A DNA stretch of 44,056 nt from an uncultured Candidatus Saccharibacteria bacterium (GTDB taxonomy: Bacteria > Patescibacteriota > Minisyncoccia > Phycocordibacterales > GWA1-40-21), in contig CAYIIG010000001.1 of assembly GCA_964363425.1 (NCBI GenBank), forward strand, positions 1 through 44,056, given 5' to 3'. Below, piece after piece: positions 32,416 to 40,029 of this stretch. The translations under genes and the position numbers were made by a program. Under the pieces are notes generated by a model. That model was not told where the DNA came from. It saw nothing but the letters and a program-made list of their open reading frames with translations, and ran no database searches. Position 1 is the stretch's first letter, and the number at the start of each line of letters is the position of its first letter.

Positions 32416-35241
32416 TTATGGCGCCACCGCTTGCACGGTGATAGTGATTGATTTTTGATTATAATCCGTTGACAAACTGGGTGCAGTCAGTCGGAAATCA
32501 AAACTAACCGTTCCGCTTACCGCCACAGACGGCTTAGCGGTAACATAAGTCGCGCTGTCTGGCATTACTGTCCATGTCGAGCCCGTCGTCGTAGAAAATT
32601 CGTGTTTAAATTGATTTGTCCCTATCGTGGAAGCGAGTGTCCAGCCTGTCCCGCCTGTAGCATCACTTGATTTTACATTTAATTTTTCCGCGACATTGCC
32701 GTCGTTGGTCGCAGTCTTGGTATAAGTGGAGCCAATCGTCGTCGTTGAATTGCTTAGACTTACGAAGCCGTAAGTAACATCTCCAGCCGGCGTGACAGAA
32801 ACTGAATAAACCGCAACCGACCTATAACCCCTGTCAGAGGTGGAAATTTGCTGGGTGGCACCCGTGGCATTCTCAACAACTTTAAAATATCTCCCGCTTC
32901 CATCGGATGGCGCGCCTGTATCATCGTAAGTGGAAGCAGTCGCTCCGTCTATGTTTGAATAACTCGCGTCGCTGTCGGCTACCGACCTTTGCCATTGATA
33001 AGTTAGAGAGCCGACTCCGATATACCCGCGGTCATGACTTGTATCAGCCGATGAGGCGCCGGTGGCACTCACTGTGGCATAAAAATATCTTCCGGCTCCG
33101 ATATTGGCGCTTTGCCCGCTTACGCTTAAAGAAACATGGTCTGCGGATGTCCCATCGCTCCCTGTGGCCACACCTGCGGTTATCGTCGGCGACGGCGCAG
33201 TGGCGTCGTCGTAAGGCGCGGTTGTGGCACCGGACAAAATAGAGTGCCCAGAATCCGCGTCCCCCGAGCTTCTGTACCACTGATATGTTAATGAACCTAC
33301 ACCCCGATATCCACGATCCGAAGCTGATATTTGTTGAGTAGCGCCAGTAGCATTAAGAACTGCTTTATAATACCTGCCCGCTCCAACATTAGCCGAAGCG
33401 CCACTAATACTTAGGGTTACTTTATCGGTGGCTGAGCCATCCGTGGCGCTCGCCGTTCCAGATGTGACAGTCGGCGCCGGCGCGGCAGTGTCGGCGTAGG
33501 TAGAGGCAGTCGCCCCTCCAATATCCGAATAGCTCGCGTCACTATCGGCGGCCGATTTTTGCCACTGGTAAGTGAGAGCGCCGACTCCTCGGTACCCGGT
33601 ATTGGTGGCGCTGTCCACGCTACTGCCGGCAGTATTAGAAGCCACCACTTTATATGTATGGGTGGTGCCATTATTGGCTGAGGCGCCGGACAAACTTAAA
33701 TCTACTTGCGCGGTACTCGCGCCATCACCGGCTACCGCCGACCCAGCCGTGATGGTAGGCGCGGCTGCCCCTGTGTCGTTAAATGTCGCCACATCGCCCG
33801 CCGCGCCCAAGTCCACTGCGTCTCGCCAAACATGATAATCAGTTGCTCCGCTAGATTTTGTCCAAGTAATTGTAACCTTGTCTGTATAGGTACCGTCGGT
33901 GGCCACCACATTGGTCGGCGCGTCAGGAACAGGAGTATAAGTCGCGTAAATGGAATACTTGTTGGTGGTGCCAGTAGGTACTAATGGATTTGGCCAAATA
34001 AATGGTCCCGTATTGGCATCCGTCTGCCCTTGACCGGCTGTCCCTACATCATAATAAATAACATGAGTTCCCGAACCGCTACTGCCCCATTCGGCTAATA
34101 TATAATTGGTTCCGCCGGTCAGACTTGGTTTTGTCGCATAAGTAACCGTTCTCCACGCGACGCCTGTTGCCGCTGGTGTTTGCGCGGTACTGCCGCTATT
34201 AGCTATCAAAGCATTGGAAGAGCTCAAATAAATAGCTGTGCCAAAAGTTTTTGCCGTACCCGAAGGATTGCTATAAACAGTTATTGAATCTACCGCCCCA
34301 GCGTTGGTCCCCATAGCAAACACTGAACCTTTTATACTAGCTTCTATTGTTATATTACCAGCCGTGCCTATGGTTTGGTATCCGAAAACCAACCCCGAAG
34401 CGTGATATATCGGATAGACCGCATTATCCAAAAATGTTTGCGGAATAGTAACCGTAAGTTTTTTGGTGGCGACATCTATGTTCAAATCTCCGTAAGTAAA
34501 GTTTCCGGCCGAATCGTCTATTTTCGGTCTGTAAATCTGCCCTACTTTTCCCGTTCCATAATTTTTTCCGCCAACATAGTTTAGAGGAACATTTTTGTAA
34601 TATATGACATACGAGCCCATTGAGTCTTTATTAACAAAGTATTCTTCAATTGCTTTTGCTTCTATCTCCGCGTCGGTATAAATCGGCTGATAGAAAAATT
34701 CCAAATTTTCCATTTCTATGTCAAAACTTAAAACATTCGTTGTCGGTTTTTCATTTAAAATCCGCTCAATCTCATATCCTCCGCCCGGGAGCGTTGAGGA
34801 ATCCGCCAGTTCATAAAAATGGACTTCTTCTTTCGGGGTCTTGTATTTTATTTTATCACCCGCCACATCAAAATCTTTGTCTGCTTCGGTCACTGTTTCC
34901 ATATTCGGAGTTAGCTTAAACCTAACCTCGTCCCATTTTTTAAATTCAAAAGACGGTTCAAAAGAAGATGCGGTTTCGTTGCCGATTCTTACCTCGGTCT
35001 TTTCCTCTTTATCTGCTTTTATGGTTTTATGCAAAGAAGCGCCTCTCATTTCGTACTTACCAGACATCTGGGAAGCGTTAAATTTATTTTTAACCGCCTC
35101 TTTGGAAATTTTATTTGTATCGCCTGTTCCCGTGGCATAAGTCATCGTCTGAGGCCAGCCGGAAAAAGTCCAACTAAAAATTAGAAGGAATATCAACAGA
35201 AATTTTGAAATTTTACTTTTCCACATTTTTGCTATTGACAT
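32416..35241 (-). CDS. Large secreted repeat protein (putative adhesin): N-terminal beta-rich region, tandem repeats of about 96 aa, C-terminal subunit-like domain
   Basis: 941 aa; signal peptide KFLLIFLLIFSWTFSGW. Residues about 441-807 carry repeats with GYRGVG.LTYQW..S..D..Y..I.GAT...Y.D..AP.PT...G.A...DG.S...V.LS.SG.SAN.G. Residues about 808-941 align with the 151-aa protein. Confidence 0.85.
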   Translation of the reverse strand: MSIAKMWKSKISKFLLIFLLIFSWTFSGWPQTMTYATGTGDTNKISKEAVKNKFNASQMSGKYEMRGASLHKTIKADKEEKTEVRIGNETASSFEPSFEFKKWDEVRFKLTPNMETVTEADKDFDVAGDKIKYKTPKEEVHFYELADSSTLPGGGYEIERILNEKPTTNVLSFDIEMENLEFFYQPIYTDAEIEAKAIEEYFVNKDSMGSYVIYYKNVPLNYVGGKNYGTGKVGQIYRPKIDDSAGNFTYGDLNIDVATKKLTVTIPQTFLDNAVYPIYHASGLVFGYQTIGTAGNITIEASIKGSVFAMGTNAGAVDSITVYSNPSGTAKTFGTAIYLSSSNALIANSGSTAQTPAATGVAWRTVTYATKPSLTGGTNYILAEWGSSGSGTHVIYYDVGTAGQGQTDANTGPFIWPNPLVPTGTTNKYSIYATYTPVPDAPTNVVATDGTYTDKVTITWTKSSGATDYHVWRDAVDLGAAGDVATFNDTGAAAPTITAGSAVAGDGASTAQVDLSLSGASANNGTTHTYKVVASNTAGSSVDSATNTGYRGVGALTYQWQKSAADSDASYSDIGGATASTYADTAAPAPTVTSGTASATDGSATDKVTLSISGASANVGAGRYYKAVLNATGATQQISASDRGYRGVGSLTYQWYRSSGDADSGHSILSGATTAPYDDATAPSPTITAGVATGSDGTSADHVSLSVSGQSANIGAGRYFYATVSATGASSADTSHDRGYIGVGSLTYQWQRSVADSDASYSNIDGATASTYDDTGAPSDGSGRYFKVVENATGATQQISTSDRGYRSVAVYSVSVTPAGDVTYGFVSLSNSTTTIGSTYTKTATNDGNVAEKLNVKSSDATGGTGWTLASTIGTNQFKHEFSTTTGSTWTVMPDSATYVTAKPSVAVSGTVSFDFRLTAPSLSTDYNQKSITITVQAVAP
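32821..33921 (-). repeat. Tandem coding repeats (about 290-nt units, three to four units) inside the 941-aa gene
   Basis: Protein-level repeats at residues about 441-551, 552-646, 647-741 and 742-807. The last unit is shorter. The region is Ala/Gly/Thr/Ser-rich and GC-rich. Confidence 0.75.
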
Positions 35242-35311
35242 AGATTGTAGGTTTGCTAGTATAGCTATACATTCGGCATTCGCCGCGGCCCCGCCTAAAA
35301 AGCGGGGAATA

Positions 35312-35716
35312 TCATTTATATAGCTTCAAGAATCCTTCTTTTATTTTGTTAAAATCATCACTATCCACCTGACCGAGACGGCTGGAAAGCCTCCTATGGT
35401 CAATGGCACGAATCTGATGAAGGCAAATAAACATATCTTTCCCCGTATGTTTTATGTGAACATACCAGCTCCCTTTGCGTTGTTGTGTTGTCGTCGGAGC
35501 TACAAGAAAAAATGTATGGGATAACTTTTTTAATATCAAGGCGGGACGAGAAAACAATTTGCTTTTTCCGTTCATTTCCGATCCCACATTCTCTCCAAAA
35601 CTAACCCACCACAAATCGCGCTCTTTTACGAGTGGAGGCTCTGCCTCAGTATTATGCAATTTCTCTTTAACTGTCACCCATTCTAAAAATCGTTTAATTA
35701 TATTACTCATAATCAA
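35312..35716 (-). CDS. PemK/MazF-family toxin-like protein (no cognate antitoxin gene seen)
   Basis: 134 aa; RDLWWVSFGENVGSEMNGKSKLFSRPALIL, VAPTTT and HQIRAIDHRRL match MazF/PemK fold signatures. It has an N-terminal extension of about 30 aa. Confidence 0.8.
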   Translation of the reverse strand: MIMSNIIKRFLEWVTVKEKLHNTEAEPPLVKERDLWWVSFGENVGSEMNGKSKLFSRPALILKKLSHTFFLVAPTTTQQRKGSWYVHIKHTGKDMFICLHQIRAIDHRRLSSRLGQVDSDDFNKIKEGFLKLYK

Positions 35717-35855
35717 ATTTTTGAAAATCTTTTTTCACTTTTATATTTTGAAAAAATAACTGTGATTAATTATAGCAGATTTAAATTTACAATGAAAAAG
35801 ACGGATTGTATAAATATCCGACCAATAAAAAATCAGGATATTTCACATTATAAAT

Positions 35856-37562
35856 TTACTCTAAATACTGGGGAGTGTTTAAGCTCATCCAATCAAGAAG
35901 TTCTCTCATCACAAAAAGACCGCCGATAAGATTCGCGCTTGGACCGCGTTCCATAAGCACAGCGAAAGCGTATTTCGGGTTCTTATAAGGGAAAAAGCCT
36001 ATCGCCCACGAATTGACAAATTTCTTCGCCGTTCCGAGCTCCGCCGTCCCGGTTTTAGCGGCGACTTCCACCTGTGGGATATTCAGTCCGACCGCAGTGC
36101 CGTATTGCACCGCTCCTCTCATACCTTCCCGCACCACTTGAAAATCTTCGGTTTTAATATTAATTGGTTTCACTTCGGTATTCGGATAATTTAAAATTAT
36201 CGATGGATTGACGAGCGTTCCTCCGTTTGCAATAGCCGAGACCGCGCGGACGACTTGAATCGGAGTTGCTTGGAATCCGTATTGCCCTATCGCAGTGTTG
36301 TAAGTGTCGCCTAATCTCCATATGGAATCATTTTTGAAAGTTTCTTTTTTCCATTCCGGACTTGGAACAACCCCTGATTTGCCCGAGAAAAATCCTTCCG
36401 GAAAATCACTTCCGAAACCAAACATCCTGACATATTTTTCTATATTGGCAATTCCGAGACCTTTCTGGTTTTCGAAACCGCCTCCGACTTCATAAAAATA
36501 AACATTGGAAGATTCGGCAATGGCTTTTCTCATATCGACGAAGCCGTGCGCCCTGATCTCCGTGAAAACCGACGGCTTGCTCGGGTCATAAATATTCGGG
36601 ATTATTATTTTACCCCCGCTGAATATGGTGTCATAAGGCGAGATGATTTTTTCAGTTAGAGCGCCGAGCGCGACAAAAGGCTTCACGATGGAGCCCGGAG
36701 TATAAAGTCCATCGATAACCCTGTTCAAAAAAGGTCTATTTTTGTCTTCCAGATATGCTTTTATCGCAGAGCCATCCGCTCCGTCCGACATTATCTGCGA
36801 GCTGTATTCGGGATAGCTCGACAAGGCCAATATTTCTCCGTTATGAACATCCATAATCACCCCCGCCCCTCCGGAAAATCCCGCCCTCTGCACCAATCCT
36901 GAAATTGATTCAAATAATTTATTTTGCACTTGTTCATCGACGGTCAAGAGGATATTGTCTCCATTTTTCGGAGGGCGAATTACATTTTCAGATTGAATTT
37001 TACCCAAAGCATTCGTCTCTATTATTTTCTGTCCGTTTTCTCCAGACAAATCAGAATTAAAAAAATTTTCTATTCCTGTTTTGCCGACATAATTTTCATT
37101 GTAATAAAATCCGGAGGAATCTTTCGCCGGATATTTGACATATCCCAATATGTGAGAAAACCCGGGAAGTTCTGTATATTTTCTCAAAGCAAATTCTTTA
37201 TCCTCGCCGTAAATATTCCACGCGAGCTCTTTCTTGTTTCTGTCAAAAATGACACCGCGAGGAGAAAACAAAGTCGTGTGTCGCAGTCGATTATTTTCAC
37301 TTCTGGAGGCGTATACGGAACCGTTGACCACTTGAAGATTCCAAGTTTTATAGACAAGTGTGATGAGCGTGATGACAAAAAATACGGACAACAAAGCGAT
37401 GACTCTTCCGGAAATGGGGCTTACAAGCCTTCCCTCAAACTGATGAGTGTCAAAGTTCGGTAAATTGCTTGAGTCAAGAAAAATTTCATCAGGCTCAATG
37501 TTGTTCCTTGAGTTTTTCAAACGTGCGCCCCTGTTCCAAAATTTTTTGTTTTTGTTCAACAT
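35856..37562 (-). CDS. mrdA: Penicillin-binding protein 2 (elongasome transpeptidase)
   Basis: 568 aa; N-terminal TM, dimerisation domain, SxxK (GSIVKP), SxN (ESSNVY) and KTG (AKTGTAE). Lies downstream of mreBCD. Confidence 0.9.
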   Translation of the reverse strand: MLNKNKKFWNRGARLKNSRNNIEPDEIFLDSSNLPNFDTHQFEGRLVSPISGRVIALLSVFFVITLITLVYKTWNLQVVNGSVYASRSENNRLRHTTLFSPRGVIFDRNKKELAWNIYGEDKEFALRKYTELPGFSHILGYVKYPAKDSSGFYYNENYVGKTGIENFFNSDLSGENGQKIIETNALGKIQSENVIRPPKNGDNILLTVDEQVQNKLFESISGLVQRAGFSGGAGVIMDVHNGEILALSSYPEYSSQIMSDGADGSAIKAYLEDKNRPFLNRVIDGLYTPGSIVKPFVALGALTEKIISPYDTIFSGGKIIIPNIYDPSKPSVFTEIRAHGFVDMRKAIAESSNVYFYEVGGGFENQKGLGIANIEKYVRMFGFGSDFPEGFFSGKSGVVPSPEWKKETFKNDSIWRLGDTYNTAIGQYGFQATPIQVVRAVSAIANGGTLVNPSIILNYPNTEVKPINIKTEDFQVVREGMRGAVQYGTAVGLNIPQVEVAAKTGTAELGTAKKFVNSWAIGFFPYKNPKYAFAVLMERGPSANLIGGLFVMRELLDWMSLNTPQYLE

Positions 37563-37601
37563 GGTTTATTTTAAATTACAACACGCTTCATTATGACATT
37601 T

Positions 37602-37767
37602 CTTTGAATTACGAAACTCTTGCAAATCGTCATTTTCGCATCTTTCTGTCATCCTCGCGAATGCGGGGATCCAGTTTCAATCACCGATGGTCTGGATTCC
37701 CGTTTTCACTGGAATGACAGAGAGGTGTGAACAGATACATTTTATTCTGTCATTTTGTAATTCAAAA
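37602..37767. repeat. MITE-like palindromic repeat copy between mreD and mrdA
   Basis: CTTTGAATTACGAAA...TCTGTCATCCTCGCGAATGCGGGGATCCAG...TCTGGATTCCCGTTTTCACTGGAATGACAGAGAGGTGTGAACAGATAC...TTTTGTAATTCAAAA. Confidence 0.75.
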
Positions 37768-37785
37768 TTAATAATATCAAAACAT

Positions 37786-38055
37786 TCACCTGTTGGAATA
37801 AAACTTGAGTCGTTTTTTTATAAAAATTGACGAGATAAACAATATGACGGCAATAAACATCATTATACTAGAAAAACCACCCAAATGCATAAGAGGCGAA
37901 CCGTATAAAATATCGATAATCAATCCGACAAACATAATCTCATAAAAAGATTCAAAATAATAGACAAAAAATAATGCCCCGATCATAGGCAAAACCGGTC
38001 CCCAAAAAAATACAGATAAAAACAATAATATGTCGATGATAATTCTTTTTGTCAT
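37786..38055 (-). CDS. mreD: Small polytopic membrane protein, MreD by position
   Basis: 89 aa, three hydrophobic helices. Shares a 4-nt overlap with the mreC stop. Assignment rests on synteny only. Confidence 0.5.
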   Translation of the reverse strand: MTKRIIIDILLFLSVFFWGPVLPMIGALFFVYYFESFYEIMFVGLIIDILYGSPLMHLGGFSSIMMFIAVILFISSIFIKKRLKFYSNR

Positions 38056-38849
38056 TTTGCCTCGACCTCAACCCATTTAAGCTCGGTCAGGTTCAGAGGA
38101 ATTTTAAAAATAATCTTCTGGAAAGAATCTGTCGGTTCGATTTCTATTTTTTCAACAAAGCCGAATACCGCCGTTGATATCCCAGGAACGACAGCTGAGT
38201 CCCCTTCGCTGATTTCTATGCCTCTCGGCAGTTTTACCATAAAGTTTCCCCCGCCAAGACCTTCCGCTTCGGCTTGAATTGATTTTGAACCGACAAAAAT
38301 CGTAAATTTTTGTCCCGGACTTGAATAAAGCTTTACTTTAGAAGACTGATCGAACACTTCTTCAATTTGACCGATTGCAATCGATGCCTCATACAAAACT
38401 TTATCCCCTTTTTGAACGCCTTTATTCTTGCCAATATCGATAATCACAACATCAAAAGGAGAGATGCTCGGCTTTTCCAAAACAGCTCCCAAAACAAGAC
38501 TTTTTTTTGCGTCATTTCTTCCAAGTAAAGATTTTAAATCGTCATTTTCTTTTTCAACAACCTTTTGGATTGATAGTTCCGCATTGGCTTTGGTTAATTC
38601 TTCTTGCAGTCTTTGATTTTCGGCGATAAGCGAATTTTTTGAGCCGATTATGGAAAAAATTCCCGAAAATTTAACAGCCGCGTAATTATCAGTTTTCCAA
38701 AAAGATAAAGCAATTTTATTGAAAAAACCTCTGATCGCGTCGGATCGGGAAAATAAAAAAATAACAACGAACAACAAAACCGCCACGATCGCTTTCGCGC
38801 GCCATTTTCCATTTCGAGGTTTGGTGCTATTTCTTAGGGGGTAATTCAT
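38052..38849 (-). CDS. mreC: Rod shape-determining protein MreC
   Basis: 265 aa; TM, coiled coil (LIAENQRLQEELTKANAEL...ENDDLKSLL), two beta-barrel segments; lies between mreB and mreD. Confidence 0.85.
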   Translation of the reverse strand: MNYPLRNSTKPRNGKWRAKAIVAVLLFVVIFLFSRSDAIRGFFNKIALSFWKTDNYAAVKFSGIFSIIGSKNSLIAENQRLQEELTKANAELSIQKVVEKENDDLKSLLGRNDAKKSLVLGAVLEKPSISPFDVVIIDIGKNKGVQKGDKVLYEASIAIGQIEEVFDQSSKVKLYSSPGQKFTIFVGSKSIQAEAEGLGGGNFMVKLPRGIEISEGDSAVVPGISTAVFGFVEKIEIEPTDSFQKIIFKIPLNLTELKWVEVEAK

Positions 38850-39888
38850 CCGCGTTTTGTATTAACACTTCTTCAAAATTTTCCAAGTTCTCCAAAATTA
38901 TCCCGGTGCCTCTAGCAATCGCTGTAAGAGGGTCATCGGCTATGAATACCGGAATTTTGAACCATTTTTTGATAAGCTCGTCCAACCCTCTGATCATCGC
39001 CCCTCCTCCGACCAGATGAATTCCTCTCTGCATCACATCGGCTATCACCTCGGGAGGAGTCGTTTCCAGAACCTCCTTCACTGACTCTATAAGGACATCA
39101 ATCGATTGCGCCATCGCTTCCCTGACATCCGAATCGGTGATGATGACTTCGCGAGGCAAACCTGTTATCAAATCCCTTCCTTTTATTGAAATTTCCGACG
39201 GTTCCATCGGACTGACGGAACCCAGAGTTATTTTCAAAGTCTCGGCTGTTTTTTCGCCGATTAAAATTTTAAATTCATTTCTTATGTAGGAAATAATGTC
39301 GGTGTTAAATCTGTCTCCCGCAATTTTCAAATTCTTGGAACGGACGATTCCCCCGAGCGATATCACGGCGATATCCGTCGTTCCTCCGCCGATGTCGATA
39401 ATCATATTTCCGATAGGCTCCAAGACGGGCAATCTTATCCCGATAGCCCCCGCCATCGGCTCTTCCACAATGAATACTTCTCTGGCTCCGGCGTTTCTCA
39501 CAGCGTCGCGAACCGCTCTTATCTCGACATTGGTGACACCTGACGGCACGCCGACCACCACTCTCGGTCCGAGCATTTTTTTTGAATTTTCCTCAGCTTT
39601 TTTTATGAGATAAGAAATCATCTCCTCAGTCACTTCGAAATCCGAAATTACTCCGTCCACAAGAGGACGAATGGCGACGATATGCGGAGGCGTCCTGCCG
39701 AGCATTTCTTTAGCGTGAGCTCCGACAGCGACCACTCTGCCTGTCTTTTGATTGACAGCGACCACCGACGGCTCATTGACCACGATTCCTTTTCCTCCCA
39801 AATAGACGAGGGTGTTCGCCGTTCCTAAATCAATGCCTATTTCATTAGACATCATCTTATATATTTTATTGAAAAACTTTTTCTTCAT
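38827..39888 (-). CDS. mreB: Rod shape-determining actin homolog MreB
   Basis: 353 aa; IGIDLGTANTLVY, VVGVPSG, IIDIGGGTTDIAV and IHLVGGGA motifs. Confidence 0.95.
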   Translation of the reverse strand: MKKKFFNKIYKMMSNEIGIDLGTANTLVYLGGKGIVVNEPSVVAVNQKTGRVVAVGAHAKEMLGRTPPHIVAIRPLVDGVISDFEVTEEMISYLIKKAEENSKKMLGPRVVVGVPSGVTNVEIRAVRDAVRNAGAREVFIVEEPMAGAIGIRLPVLEPIGNMIIDIGGGTTDIAVISLGGIVRSKNLKIAGDRFNTDIISYIRNEFKILIGEKTAETLKITLGSVSPMEPSEISIKGRDLITGLPREVIITDSDVREAMAQSIDVLIESVKEVLETTPPEVIADVMQRGIHLVGGGAMIRGLDELIKKWFKIPVFIADDPLTAIARGTGIILENLENFEEVLIQNADELPPKK

Positions 39889-39931
39889 TTTTTTAAATTG
39901 ATTCTAAAAACTAAAAACATATGGCTCCATC

Positions 39932-40005
39932 TGTCATTCCTGCGCAGGCGGGAATCCAGAATTTCGGTAATAGCTACCTAGATTCCCGCCTGCGCGGGAA
40001 TGACA
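39932..40005. repeat. Minimal palindromic repeat copy between proS and mreB
   Basis: TGTCATTCCTGCGCAGGCGGGAATCCAGAA...CTAGATTCCCGCCTGCGCGGGAATGACA is a near-perfect palindrome. Confidence 0.8.
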
Positions 40006-40029
40006 ATGCGGTAACAGTTTGAATTTTCT

